DNA of 63,977 nt, filler included, from Octopus bimaculoides (GCF_001194135.2; 4 parts of 3 records of this genome joined end to end with filler, not necessarily neighbours in it); one strand, 5' to 3'; positions 48,119-63,246 are shown, numbered from the whole stretch's first letter. The notes: generated by a model from the sequence alone, not told the origin. A program made the numbers and translations.

Positions 48119-51100
48119 ACTAAAGTAATGTTTTATATGAAAGCATATAAATCATTGTTGTTGTGAATGTTGTTTAGAATTAACAGATTCATCTCTGAGA
48201 AGCGATACACTCACAAACACTTCCATCGTCGTTTTCATTCCGCCTTTTTGAGGTTATATAGGATTACGTTAACAAATGCGTCCTTCGATTATGAATATAG
48301 TATGCTGTAATTTTTGTAAACTTTGGTTATTATTTCTGAGTATCGCGCGACCACGTGCAGGTCTTATGAATACACTCTGTCATATGAATACACAATATTT
48401 CTTTTCCTTGTTGTTGATGTTGCTGTTGTGGCTGTTGTTGTTTTTAATGTTGCTGTTTAGCTCCAGCTCAGCTCTGATCGAATACATTCCAACCATAACT
48501 ATCTAGCCACTTTGCACATAGCAGATATATTGTCCGATGTATGGTTTCTCTTGTTAAGAAGTAAGGTGTAATCTTTAAGGAAATTTTAATTTGGTTGATA
48601 TTTCTAGAACGTCGAGAAGCCACGCGTTGATCATCAACTTCCTTATTTCGTTGAGTCGACAATAATCAAATTGTTATATGCGGCGCAGTTTTGTGAATAC
48701 CTTTTATAAATGTATGGTTGTTGTTGACATGTGTTCCTGTTTGGTTGTTTGCTGCGACGAAGGTAGTTTGTTCATAAATTAATAACTAAGAACTGTGATA
48801 ATATCAGAAGTGTTAGTAGACATACTTCGATTAGTCGTATACCAACTGTGATAGCATTGACAGGAAACGAAGAATTAGATGATAACGATATGACATTTTG
48901 ATTGAAAAATCTTTGCAGGTGTGGATTCTACAGAACACATCAACACTTCACCTATAAAGATTATGTTAAAGATGGTTAGCGAACAGTTGAGTATAATTGG
49001 CAATCCGATAGACATCGTCGTGTGATTTACTACTAAAACAAGAAAGGAAAGCTGCATAAGCAATAAACTAACGGTTCTATAGAATAGTATTCTTCGGTTC
49101 CATTTTGTCTGGATATCTAATTCTGCGGCAACTTTGCAATTTTATGTGACACTAATTTCTTGGCAACGACATCATTACTATTACACAATCTAGTTTTCGT
49201 TCCTAGCTGAAGAGTATCCTTTTATCATTAATAACCTGGAGGAAGAAAGCGATGAACTTTACAATATCCTGATTTTCTCCATTTAAAGTATTAGTTTCGC
49301 GTTAGAATAAATTAATGTACATGGCTCTTGGTAAGGCCAAAATCACAGGCAGGATTTAAAACCAGCATATTTATCAGTTGTCTAGAAAATTAAAGTTAGA
49401 TACTTAGAAATGAATTAGCAATGACACAGGATAATGTTAATGAGTGATTGCATTACTCAGGTACAGTAGGTCACTTGGTGGGGGGGGGGAGTTTGATCGA
49501 ATGGTTCAAATGTTTGTTCCGTAATCAGGATGTGCCGTGTTCGATTCTACTTGGGCAAGCGTCTACCTCGAGTCTACTCTTGTCTTGTTAGTGAAAATGC
49601 ATAGACAAACTGCAGAAATCTGAGAAACCATCTCAAGTGGTTCAGAGGGAAAATCTAATTTCCATTAATATTTTATTGGGTATGCGGTGATTTTACTTAT
49701 AAACCACGTTACTGGTTTATTTATCGTATTCCAGTTGATACCAGTTCAAACTCTTGATATAGTTAGAACAGGGGTCAGTTCTAATTCTATATTTGATTTC
49801 TCATGTTCTATGGTAATATGTCCTCTATGGAAGTTATTTCGCAATATCCTATTCTTCAAACGCTGAGTACAAGCTACTGAGATTGTATTCAGAAAATCAA
49901 TGTTAAATATGTTATTGATACTTTCTGTTCATGGATGCTGTTGACCTTTCTATATTCCAATAGGTATTACAGTTTTGTATTATATTTTGGGATGATAAAA
50001 TACAATATCATTAGAATACTAGGATCGCTTATAATGTATTTGTCACATACATTACCATACAAATATCAGTATTGTTTCCCAAATGAAAATCCATATATAT
50101 CATTAGTAATTATATGACTTCTGGGATCCTACAGAAAGGCATCACATTATCGGACAAGGGTGTAGTTTCTGATAGCATGACATATATGCAGATTATGAGG
50201 CATAAAAAAAAAAACGTAAGTGAAGTGTAATGGTTTCATGCAGATATCAGCTTCCTATTCTCAAAGTCTATGAGGATCTCCATGTACACACACATAGATA
50301 TTTGATAAAGGATTTCTCCTTTGACATTAACCAGAGATTTGTAGAAGTGAAGTATAATCGATTAAGTCTGTTCCAATATGGTATTTAATTTATCAATGAC
50401 TGGGAGTTAACACATCAACCACAGAAAGATCAAAAGTAAAGCGTTTTCCGGATTTGTACTCCAAACGCAGAAGAACGAATGAAATAGCGACAAGTGTTAT
50501 TGTCCGATGCTGAACTGGTTCTGCAATCCACTACCCCCGAAATATCATGTCAATAAATATGATATAGTACACATTATACTTAATAATAGGACTTTTTCGT
50601 AAATTTTATATACAACATTTGTGAAGAATAATAATAGCTTCGTTGGTTAAAGTTTTCCAGCGGCTCAGTCACTGGTTCGATGCGTTATCTATATTATATC
50701 GATATTATACTTCAGATTTATTATATAAAGGTGTGAATGGAATGCACGCGCGCACATAACTGTGTGTGGGTCTTTCAATTAGAGTGGGTTTTGTGGAGCT
50801 TCACAGAGTGAAGGTGAAAGCAAATGAAAAGATATTGACAGGACGATGTAATTATTAAGATATAAACCCTCTGCCTAAACTATTGTTGATCCGACACCAG
50901 GATGCTCTACCAGCACGTTGCTCGGCCTTGCGTTACATGTTGCCAATGAATATGGCTTCCTTCATCAATCTCCTGGTCTCTTGAGATATTTCATACAAGA
51001 CAGTTTCTGTTATTATCAACCAATATCATTAAATCTAGCCTTGCATTCTGATACAAGTGTGTTACAATAAATCTCTGCTACAGGTGTGTGATCGACTAGC

Positions 51101-53943
51101 AACAAAAGCATGTCACATTGATGCCCAACGGAACATGCAACTTTTACAGTCACGATGTATGCCAAGTTTCGTGATTGCATCTCGATTTATAAATTGCCTT
51201 ATTTACCTGACGTTTATTTTTCTCCTTGAAAGTTGTGGGCTTGATGTTGATATAGTTGTGTGGTAAGAAGCTTGCTTCCCAACCACATAGTTCCGGGTTC
51301 ATTTCACCTTGATCAAGTATCTTCTACTATTGCCTTGGGTGGCCAAAGTATTGTGAGTAGGTTTGGTAGACGGAAACTGAAAGAAGCCCGTCGTATATGT
51401 ATATGTATATATCTATGCGTATGTCTTTGTGTCTGAGCTAGTCTCGCACATCACCACATGACAATCGGTGTTGATGTGTTTACGTCCATGTAACTTAATG
51501 GTTCGGCAAAAGAGACCGATAGAATAAGTATTTGGCTTTAGCAAATGTCCTGGGAGCAATTTGTTCAACTAAAAACCATTGAAGGCGGTGCTCCGGCATA
51601 GTCACAGACAAATGGCAGAAGCACCGCCTTGAAGGGAGTTTAGATAAACAAATTGCTCCCATATATATGTATGTATGTATGTAAGATTCTCCGTCACTTA
51701 TGATGGCCATACATCTGCATATGTATGTGTAATTCAGGGTAAGAAGAGTTTTTGAGAATAACTGACAGTTGCCTACACATGTAAGTCTCCTCTCTCTACG
51801 TCGGATATCATTATTCAAGGGAAAGGCCGCCGTCATGGGTCGATACAGATGAGTAGAGCGAACAAATAACCGGAACGTAACCTCTAACATTCCAACCAAC
51901 CCACTGCCCAAATCGGTCCTTTCTTTCTTTTTTTTTTGTTTATTCAACCTCGGAAATATGAAAGATGGTGTTGACCTTGATGGTATTTGAGCTCAGATTC
52001 TAGGAAGTCGAAACAAAATCTGTGAAGTATTGTATCCAACACTAACAATTCTGAAATTGCTGTCTTGATGTTGACAAAAATTCTAATGACAGCAATTTTT
52101 AAATATATTATAAGCGCTTGTTTACAATGTGTTCCGTTTCATGAGAGACTTTGTAACAATATGTAAATCTATTCAAGAAAAAGATGCATTGGGATCATAG
52201 ATTATTCATTAGATGTGTAGTGTTTTCCTTTATATTTTCATCTCTATTTATACCGGGTTTACTTTTATAGTGTGGGACTAGTTTCTTTATTTTATTGTCT
52301 TCCTTATACTTGAAAAGTATTAGCATATATTTATTTAACAAGTCCATCTTTTTCTTTCTTTTCTATGCAGTAATGTTTTCGTTTTGTCTAGATGTGTCGA
52401 AAAGGTTTTCTGAGTAGCAAGTTTTTAAGCTGAAATTTTGAACCAGAGTTGACACTGCATATCGTTACGCTGAAAGACACATTCATTAGCGTTTATGGCG
52501 TACAGTACTTAAATAATTTATGCATCGTTGTTATTGCAACATCTAAGAATGGAGTTGTTAGATATCTCTTGAATCTCAAGTCATTTTAAATTTAAATTTA
52601 TATTGCACTTACAGATATGCTCACATGTTTCTATACGTTTACAGACTTATTCAGAAGTTTCTTTAATATTTAAATGACGAAACTTATATTTTTTATTTTG
52701 TTACAATTTGACTCTCCATTACATTTTTAATACAGTTGAACAGCCTTTGATATGTGTGTATGTGTATACATATGTACTTGTGTGTGTGTGTGTTTGTGTG
52801 TGTGTAATTTCACATGCTTTTGCAAAACTCATAAGTGTCACAATCAAAAGATGAACAAATATTTGAAAAGCTGTTTTATAGTTCTATATACAGGGTTCGA
52901 TTTTTCAAGTACCTTCTGTTTCACAATTATTGGATTTGTAATAAAAGAAAACTGTACCTGTGTCATCAATACTATTGAATACAAAATAATACCGTTGTTT
53001 ATTTCGATAATGCATCTTGCTTTGTATTGAGAGCGTTCTATTGATGTACTGTTACAGCTTATCTAATTACAATAAATAACATATATGCTTTATGTACTGT
53101 TAATGTAGAGAGTAACAGATCAAATTAAAGACCAGCTCTACTTGTCAATACGATTTTCTATCAAATTCCAAATATGTTGGAATAGCGATGTTGGATTTCG
53201 TATGCAACTCTCTAAAAAAAAAACATGGATGCACAAAGTATATCGTACTTTAAAAGTACCGTTTGAGAGATCTTATGTAATATTTTGCGACCAGCTCTAA
53301 GAAAGAATTTCGATCAATACACCAATGCTTTTGATAGACACTTGCCATTTCGAAGGCAGTATGATAAATAGTTACTGTTGCATTCGATTTCGCTCACATT
53401 GGTACATCCAATGACATTTTCATTGAGCAGATGCTGACGCAGAAGAAACGCAAATTCGCTTCCCCTATTATATCAGGAACTTGAAAGAAAAATATTGACG
53501 CATCAAAAAACTGATCTATAATCGAAAATGCTTTTTCTCACGACAGATATTCTGGAAACTATCGATTATCTACAGAAGAGGAGTATAAGTAATTATACGG
53601 CGTTCATAGTTCTAACACAAAGAAAAAGAAGAGAAAGATATGATAAAGAAAAGTGTTCGAATTTAGATGTGATAGATAAATGGTCAATCAGATAGCATAT
53701 GTTCAGTATACTTTGGAAGAATATAAATCTTCCTCCGAGATTTTAGAGAATATGCATGAACATTTTCCGAGATGCAATTGGCCTTTAAACATGCTGGACC
53801 ACACCATACATGCATACTGCATATATGCATGTATGTATGTATGTATGTATGTATGTATGTATGTATGTATGTATGTATGTATGTATCTATCTATCTATCT
53901 ATCTATATACATGTGTACATGTATATATGTATGCATGTATGTA

Positions 53944-53982
<39 letters not shown>

Positions 53983-53991
53983 GTCTGTCTG

Positions 53992-54080
<89 letters not shown>

Positions 54081-55373
54081 GGCGGAAAAATGGCAGATAC
54101 GAGAATGTTTATTAATCACTACAGTTGCTTCGTCCCATCTAGACTCCATCCCTCAGGGATGGGATATTTAGCAACTCAGTAGTATCCAAAGGTGTAGATG
54201 TGTCTCTTCAGGTGATTACATGATGTATCTCTTTAAAATGACGACTGTTCCGCAAGATATCTTCTCGGTTTGTGTATAGAAAAGCAGCAAATTGAAAGAT
54301 ACACCTTCACTTTTATATAAAATCAATAATAAACAGTAACGAATACACAATACACGGAAAGGGTATTAAATATAACCGTTAACAGATATGGATATATAAA
54401 CGCCCTCGCTTAGGTTGTATGGCACACTTATATTCGCTCGTACAAACATCAACGAAGATATAAACATACACGCGTGGTGTGCCGTACATATGCTCACACA
54501 GTGAATTAAACAGCTACTTAGTGTTTATAATAATGGGGAGGCTAGAGTCAAATTTAATTCATCCACACCTTAATGGAACTCACGGGATTCTTTATTAATC
54601 ACTACGATCGCTTCGACAAATAGTGCACCGGTCCCTCGCGGATGAGATGCTGTAAAAATAGTAGAGCTGCATCATTCAGTGAAGATGTGCCTAGTAAAGT
54701 TTTCTCGTGTATGCGATTAGCTACTGACAGCTACTAAAATATATTCTAATCGAAATATGCGAAAAGTAGATTAAAGAGTGACATACCTTTTGCCAAGTTA
54801 CTCGATGAAGCACATCTATACCGAATGATGCAGCACAACTATCTCTGTAGCATCTTACCTGCGAGGGACCAATGTGCTATGAGTTGAAAATATCGTGATG
54901 ATTAAAACAGAATCACTTGAATTCCATTTTCCTGCTCTTTCTCGTTTAATATAAAAACTCTTCGGACACGAAGGAATTCCTGAAGTAAATGCAGCGGCAT
55001 TTAAATCCATACTGTCGATGACATCAAAGAGCTGCATACAGGGAACAGGTTTTAAACAGCATACTATGAGGTGTGTACCCAAATTTAAAATTATTTATAT
55101 ATATACATATAACTATTTATATATATATATATATATANNNNNNNNNNNNNNNNNNNNNNNNNNNNNNNNNNNNNNNNNNNNNNNNNNNNNNNNNNNNNNN
55201 NNNNNNNNNNNNNNNNNNNNNNNNNNNNNNNNNNNNNNNNNNNNNNNNNNNNNNNNNNNNNNNNNNNNNNNNNNNNNNNNNNNNNNNNNNNNNNNNNNNN
55301 NNNNNNNNNNNNNNNNNNNNNNNNNNNNNNNNNNNNNNNNNNNNNNNNNNNNNNNNNNNNNNNNNNNNNNNNN

Positions 55374-55412
<39 letters not shown>

Positions 55413-55584
55413 GACGGGTTTCCACAGTTTTCGTCACCAAATTCACTCACAAGGCAATAGTGAGATCGTAGCTATACCTGAAGAAACACAAACTTTAATT
55501 TAAGCAAAGAACGCGAAACCATGTGGTTGCCAAACGAAATTCTCAGCTATGCAGCCATGAGTATAAGTAAAAATTCTTTTTATT

Positions 55585-55680
55585 ACCGTATTTCGGTTTC
55601 CAAAGCAGTCACCCATCTATGTACTAACTTGGCTCGGTGTTGCTTCACTTCGGTAATCGGACGAGAACTAATGCTTTCTG
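55585..55680 (-). pseudogene. 5S rRNA-derived fragment (pseudogene or SINE3 head)
   Basis: Minus strand reads GTTCTCGTCCGATTACCGAAGTGAAGCAACACCGAGCCAAGTTAGTACATAGATGGGTGACTGCTTTGGAAACCG, recognisably the central 5S sequence with the A box/IE/C box region; ends are diverged. Confidence 0.8.
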
Positions 55681-58600
55681 TCATAAAAATCTATTATTCG
55701 ACTGTAATTTTGTAATGTGATTTTCTGATTTAAATATCTCTTGCTTTGAATATCTCTTAAATGTCTCTTAAATATCACCTAATTTCCTACATGCTTTGAC
55801 CAGATATTTACGAAAACTAATAAATAAAGTACAAAATATAATAGAATATATTGTAGAATATAACAGAACAAAAGATAATGGAACACACTGTTTTCGTTAG
55901 GCGTTTAGTAATCTAATTTTATTTCGCTGAAATGCAAATTTCCATATTTTTCTTGTTTCCCTGTATCTCATTGCCATATTAAATACTCTCTGTAATAATA
56001 AAGCAGTAATCACTGAAAATGTGCAAAGTCTATCTATCTATCTATCTATCTATCTATACATACATACATACATACATACATACATACATACATACATACA
56101 TACATGCATACATTAGCAATGACTGAAACAAGCAAAAAATTTCAGTTTAAAAGGTGCATACTTTACTAAATAATCCTGAACGTATGCATTTCTTATTACT
56201 GTAAAATGTTTGTGACACAATGTTTATAAATTATTAAGAATGTTTATGTAAATTTCGAAAATATCTTGCGGCTTTCGAATACCTGAAGTTTTTCGTATGT
56301 GGTTCTTATATTTAGTAAGTTTGACCAAGTTTCAGAATAAATTGTTTCAATTGTTTATTTTAAAATATATTTATGAGTTATCTTTGTTATTCCTTTTAAA
56401 AAAAGTATCTTTTATTGGTTCACTAATAATTCAGGAACTTGCTGCCACAATTCCCTGTAAACATACTGCACTCTTTCGCACGGCGAGGTACAAGTAGGAT
56501 AACATATTCTTCAAAACTCCATACCTGAGGAGTTGAATTTTTGAAACACCTTCGATCTCTTACGCCTACTCTGTCAGTTTGGCCTAAACATCAGCAAACA
56601 ACAGCGTTTGTAGGCAAAGGATTTAATTGATTAAATTTGGCTAAACCTAGAAGTACAAAGCTGTGTACTTTAATGTACCCAAATGTACATTTTATCAAAT
56701 TAGTTCAAACACAGTCGCTCTCAGCCGCTGGTTATTTAATTAAGATATCGAGAAACGTAAAAAGTTATTGATCACGATTTAAGGCAACCGAAATTCTAGG
56801 TTTAAGACAATTAACAACGATTCTACAGGCTCCTTAATAAGGTTAAGTCGGTGCTAAAATTCTTACTCTAGGAAATAGAAACATTTAATTAATTAAAATT
56901 AATTAAAAATAGAAATTTAACTCCGTAGTGAGGAATATGATATTAGCTGCACGAATCTAACAAGGAATACGCCCACAAACCAAGTGAATTTATTTGTCAG
57001 CGTGTGACGTAACAATTGTACCTCTTTTACATTAAATTTCAAATACGTGCAAATATACAATACATTGTTTAAGAAATTGAAACGCAACTGCAAATTCAAT
57101 GACATCACCAATTGTGGTCAGGAAAATTTACTCCTGAAGATTTGATAAATTAATTGTTTATTTAGCAGTTTTTCATACACACTGGTTCCAAAATCAAAAA
57201 TAAGGTTAACTAAAACTTTACTAGTCGGATTGAATTCCTAATAATTTCTTTTTTGTACTTTCTTGTGGATCTCTATTAAATGATAGACGAGTGATTCTTT
57301 AAATTATGTTTTGTATAAATTTGTATTTATACTAGAGCGCAGTTTACTTTCCGACTAACAAATCCCTAGACACACTTTCAATTCCCAGTCAAAGCTATTT
57401 AATGGCATTTATATCGTTAATATTCTTTTCTACTCTAGGCACAAGGCCCGACATTTTTGGGGAGGGGGGCCAGTCGATTAGATCGACCCCGGTACGCAAC
57501 TGGTCCTTAATTTATCGACACCGAAAGGATGAAAGGCAAAGTCGACCTCGACGGAACACGCAAGGATATTACAACTTCCCTTTTGCTCTGTAAGTGATTA
57601 TTTCATGAAGTATAAATGACAATTCATTTTCGGTGCGGCTAATATTCAAGAAGCTGTCCCACCAAAAGCAGAATTTAAACTCATTATTTAAAAGCAATCT
57701 ATCATTCTTCTACTATTTTGTGATTCCTCAACTGATAGTTAGAAACAGCTTCTCAATTTGTTTTACGTATTGATGGGCAGATGAAGTTTAAGTGTCCTGG
57801 TATGGTTGTACCTCATACGTCATCAGTGAGAGAATATGAAATGTATGATTTCTTCTGTTGGTTGGTCAACATTCCAGAAAACTCTTCGAAACCTAGCGGG
57901 TTGGAAAATAGTGATCTTTAAAATAGGTAGTAAACTTGAAAACTACAACTGGAATCGACTTGTTAGACTAAATCATTTAAGGTGGTACTCCAGCATGGCC
58001 ACAGTCCAATGTCTGAAACAAGAAAAAGAGTAGAAGAATAAAAGAATGTGAAATTACTTCTACCGTTTCTTAGAATGTTCTAGGAAAATTTAATCAAGTA
58101 CTTCAAACAACGACAGGAAAAAGAAAATCAAGTTTATTTACATAATGATTATTATGATTAAGAGAGATTTCCATTCGTTGTATGTTTTGAAATATCAATC
58201 GATATGATATTAATATGAAAAAAAAAAAAAGAATATAGATTTTATTTTTAGATACAGAATGACATTATCAAAGAGCTAAACCAATATCTATAAAGATTCC
58301 TGCTGTTCTTCTATTCGACAAATAACTCGTTTTAAAAGTTTTCGTAGAGCGAATGAAATCTTTGTAATTTCAGCACTGCTGAGAAAAACAAGGAGTTTAA
58401 ATCTTATTGAAATAATATTTTAAACTTATAATGATAGTTCAGGCGAAATAACAAAATAATGGTCAAATAAAAGACAAAAATATCTGGAATGTTATGTAAC
58501 AATAGTATATTTGTATGTTCTTACATTGATTTCACATTTAAGTACAAGGCCAGAAATTTCGGGGCAGAAGTTAGGTCGATTGCATCGACCTCAGTACTCA

Positions 58601-59870
58601 ATTGGTACTTATTTTTTCGACCCCTAAATGAATAAATCGACCTCAGCAGAATTTGAACTCAGAACGTGAAAACGAACGAAATGCAGCTAATCGTGTCGCC
58701 CGTAGTGCTAACGATTTTTCCATCTCGCCACCTTGTGTAGTCTTATATAAATAAAAACTTATTCGCTTTGATAAGTTAACTGAAGCCTCTATGCGATTGC
58801 TCAGCGTTATAGATATCCATTTCAGAATTTCTTATGATTTTACATGAACGTTTCCAAAGGAAGCAATGGCGTAGGCGTGGCTGTGTATTAAGGAGCTTGC
58901 TTCCTAACCATATGCTTCCATATTCAGTTCAATTGCGTGGCGCCTCGAGCAAGTGTCTTCTGCTATAGTTCCGGATCGAATAAGGCCTTGTGAATGGATT
59001 TGGTAGACAGAAGCTGAAAGAACACACATAATATACAGCACAGACGAACGGAACCACCCACGACCCTCACATTACTAAAAGCCAAAACAAAGTTCTCATA
59101 AGATTTTCGATGTCAGTTAAACATTTTACAATAACACCAAGACATAATCATTAGACATATCAATGTCATATAAACGCATTTACCCATTTATATATGCAAA
59201 ACGCACGGCAAATTTACATGAGATTTCGGCTGCCATTTCTAGGCCTCACAAAATCTGACATCTCATGGTTACATCACACGTGTAAACAAATGATAAAACT
59301 AGACGTCTCTTCATTATGAGAAACCACTTCAGTCCTGAACAATTTCCTGCAGGTTTTCTAAATAGATATTCTTTATAAAACTGTGCACACTCCTAAGATA
59401 ATAAGGTTAATTCACACTTAGACGTATACATACTGACAAATATCGTAGGTCATTTAGCGAAAGAAAACCCTTATCTATTTTACTGGAAATATCTCGCTCG
59501 CCATTCAATGGCTCACAGATGGTCTTATTGTGTTTTCTATCTTTTATATCCGTCTATAATGGCTTCTGCTCGTCTCTTTATAATCGGCCATCGAATGTCA
59601 CCTAGTTCATATGTATCTTCGTCCTTAATGTATCACATCTTATCAATTCCCCACCAAATGACTTCCATTCCTTTCTCCAACATAGCTGAAAATATCTAGA
59701 TATAATCTGCGTTTGCCTGTCTGTATGTCTGTCAGTCTCTCGATCTATCGATCGATCGATTGATCGATCTTCCTATCTCCTTTATTTTTAATCTATATTC
59801 GATTAAACGAAATAAAAATGTTTAATATTCGTATATTGAGTCCTCTCTTCTGTTTGTTCTACCCACCCTA

Positions 59871-59948
<78 letters not shown>

Positions 59949-60154
59949 CATAGACATAGATATATAGATAGATAGATAAATAATATAGGTAGATAAATAG
60001 ATATAGATAGATAGACAGACAAGCAGATATATATATATATAGATAGATAGATAGATAGATAGATTGATAGATAGATAGATAAATAGATATATTTGACAGA
60101 GTGACAGAGTGACAGACAGCTACAAAGCGAGGTAAATACATACATACATACATG

Positions 60155-60185
<31 letters not shown>

Positions 60186-60681
60186 GCACATTTACACATA
60201 TACACATATTTACACACAGGCAGAAACATACACCTACACACACCCACATACACAGTCACCTACTTTCTATTACTAAATGCCACGGATACTTACCTCACTT
60301 TAATGTTTTCTTCCAATTCACCATTACAACCGTTGTCCGCATGACTTCTGATGTCTTTCCTACACTAACGGAAATGACTGCAATTTTACGTGTTATTATT
60401 TTCATTTACGACTGCAATAGAATCTTATAGAGAGTGAATGCTTTTCATATACCCAGGTAGCGAATGGTTTACCAGCTGATTATTTCAAGTATTCTATTAT
60501 TAGTTTTTTTTTTGTTTTGTATTTTTCTTCCAATGGAAATATAATGGTCGACTCAAATGCATTGCATCGACTATCTCGGCCTATCACTCTCTTTGTCTAT
60601 ATGTTTGTATATCTGCTTGTCTGTATTTCTATCTATCTATCTATCTATCGATCTATCTATCTATCTATCTATCTATCTATA

Positions 60682-60930
60682 TCAAGACCCTTCGACATTG
60701 CACGTTCGGTCCGTCAGGGATGCCCCCTCTCGTCGCTTCTGTACGTGTTGACTCTCGAGCCACTACTGCGGAAGCTGGCGACGCTGAGGGGCATCCCGCG
60801 AGAGTTGGGATGCGGGACGAGCGTGGCGTCATACGCAGACGACGTCACCGTCATAGTGTCTAGCCAAAAGCACATCGAGCTTGTCGGCGAGACACTGAGA
60901 GAATACGAAGCGGTAACGGGAGCGAAAATC
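60682..60930 (+). mobile_element. Young L1/Tx1-type LINE reverse transcriptase fragment, 5'-truncated and cut by the scaffold join
   Basis: 83 uninterrupted codons SRPFDIARSVRQGCPLSSLLYVLTLEPLL...SYADDVTV...YEAVTGAKI; GC- and CpG-rich relative to flanks. Confidence 0.92.
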
Positions 60931-61030
60931 NNNNNNNNNNNNNNNNNNNNNNNNNNNNNNNNNNNNNNNNNNNNTTAATTAATTAANNNNNNNNNNNNNN
61001 NNNNNNNNNNNNNNNNNNNNNNNNNNNNNN
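60931..61030. other. Artificial scaffold join: N44-TTAATTAATTAA-N44
   Basis: Linker at 60975-60986. Confidence 0.95.
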
Positions 61031-61988
61031 CATATATATGTATGCGTGCATGTAATATTTATACATATAAGTACATATACTCTTTTACTTTTTTACTTGT
61101 TTCAGTCACCCGACTGCGGCCATGCTGGAGCACTACCTTTAGTTGAGCTTCTTTGTAAGCCTAGTATTTATTCTATCGGACATAAACATACCAGCATCGG
61201 TTGTCAGTCGATGTTGTGGGGGGGGGGGCAAACACAGACACACAAACATATACACGCACACATACATAGTTTCCGTCTACCATATCCACTCACAAGCCTT
61301 TGGTCGGCCCGAGGCTATAGTACTTGCCCAAGGTGCCACGCAATGGAGCTGAACCCGGGACCATGTGGTTGGTATGCACGCTACTTACCACACAGCCACT
61401 ACAAATGTATATAAGATAGTGTGTGTGTCAGAACCACAATGTGAATGTGTGTGTGTGTGTGTGTGTGTCTGTGTGGTGCATGCATCACATATTTGATAAA
61501 TGTAGTCAATACCTTTTTATAGCATTTACGTATATGTGCACTTTTAGTTACACACACAGTCACACACACAGGCTTATTCATACATACATACATACATACA
61601 AATATACATACATACATGCATACATACATACAAGCATGCATATGTGTATATATATTCTCTTTTACTCTTTTACTTGTTTCAGTCATTTGACTGTGGNNNN
61701 NNNNNNATATATATACACACATGTGTGCAATGATCTCTACATCTGTGCATGTGTGTAGATTGTAAACATTGCTTTATTTCATTTGTACGGTGGTTTTGTT
61801 TACATGGAATTATTATTATGAAAATATGAGGCAGCTTCCGGGCATGCGTGGGTGTGTATTTTTGTAACTTTATACATGTGCAGTATGTGTGTGTGTGTGT
61901 GTGTGTGTGAGTGTGTATAAACACTCATATACATATATATCTATAACCATCTATAAATATACATACACAAACACACATATATGTAGGA

Positions 61989-62036
<48 letters not shown>

Positions 62037-62910
62037 NNNNNNNNNNNNNNNNNNNNNNNNNNNNNNNNNNNNNNNNNNNNNNNNNNNNNNNNNNNNNNNN
62101 NNNNNNNNNNNNNNNNNNNNNNNNNNNNNNNNNNNNNNNNNNNNNNNNNNNNNNNNNNNNNNNNNNNNNNNNNNNNNNNNNNNNNNNNNNNNNNNNNNNN
62201 NNNNNNNNNNNNNNNNNNNNNNNNNNNNNNNNNNNNNNNNNNNNNNNNNNNNNNNNNNNNNNNNNNNNNNNNNNNNNNNNNNNNNNNNNNNNNNNNNNNN
62301 NNNNNNNNNNNNNNNNNNNNNNNNNNNNNNNNNNNNNNNNNNNNNNNNNNNNNNNNNNNNNNNNNNNNNNNNNNNNNNNNNNNNNNNNNNNNNNNNNNNN
62401 NNNNNNNNNNNNNNNNNNNNNNNNNNNNNNNNNNNNNNNNNNNNNNNNNNNNNNNNNNNNNNNNNNNNNNNNNNNNNNNNNNNNNNNNNNNNNNNNNNNN
62501 NNNNNNNNNNNNNNNNNNNNNNNNNNNNNNNNNNNNNNNNNNNNNNNNNNNNNNNNNNNNNNNNNNNNNNNNNNNNNNNNNNNNNNNNNNNNNNNNNNNN
62601 NNNNNNNNNNNNNNNNNNNNNNNNNNNNNNNNNNNNNNNNNNNNNNNNNNNNNNNNNNNNNNNNNNNNNNNNNNNNNNNNNNNNNNNNNNNNNNNNNNNN
62701 NNNNNNNNNNNNNNNNNNNNNNNNNNNNNNNNNNNNNNNNNNNNNNNNNNNNNNNNNNNNNNNNNNNNNNNNNNNNNNNNNNNNNNNNNNNNNNNNNNNN
62801 NNNNNNNNNNNNNNNNNNNNNNNNNNNNNNNNNNNNNNNNNNNNNNNNNNNNNNNNNNNNNNNNNNNNNNNNNNNNNNNNNNNNNNNNNNNNNNNNNNNN
62901 NNNNNNNNNN

Positions 62911-63199
62911 CTATCGTCTCTTTTTGCCGAACCGCTAAGTTACGGGGACGTAAACACACTAGAATCGGTTGTCAAGCGATGTTGGGGGGACAAACACAGA
63001 CACGCAAACATATACACACACATACATATATACACATATATACGACAGGCTTCTTTCAGTTTCCGTCTACCAAATCCACTCACAAGGCTTTGGTTGGCCC
63101 GAGGCTATAGTAGAAGACACTTGCCCAAGGTGCCACGCAGTGGGACTGAACCCGGAACCATGTGGTTGGTAAGCAAGCTACTTACCACACAGCCACTCC

Positions 63200-63200
<1 letters not shown>
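62911..63200 (-). mobile_element. SINE family A, young copy truncated by gap
   Basis: Nearly identical to 863-1150; source of the near-duplicate ORFs 907-1116 and 62969-63172. Confidence 0.9.

Positions 63201-63246
<46 letters not shown>

Noticed and set aside
31425-60680. Protein-coding host genes or further VPS18 exons in the third scaffold
   Set aside because: I found no exon chain or recognisable peptide by eye; small exons could have been missed, so spliced alignment is needed.
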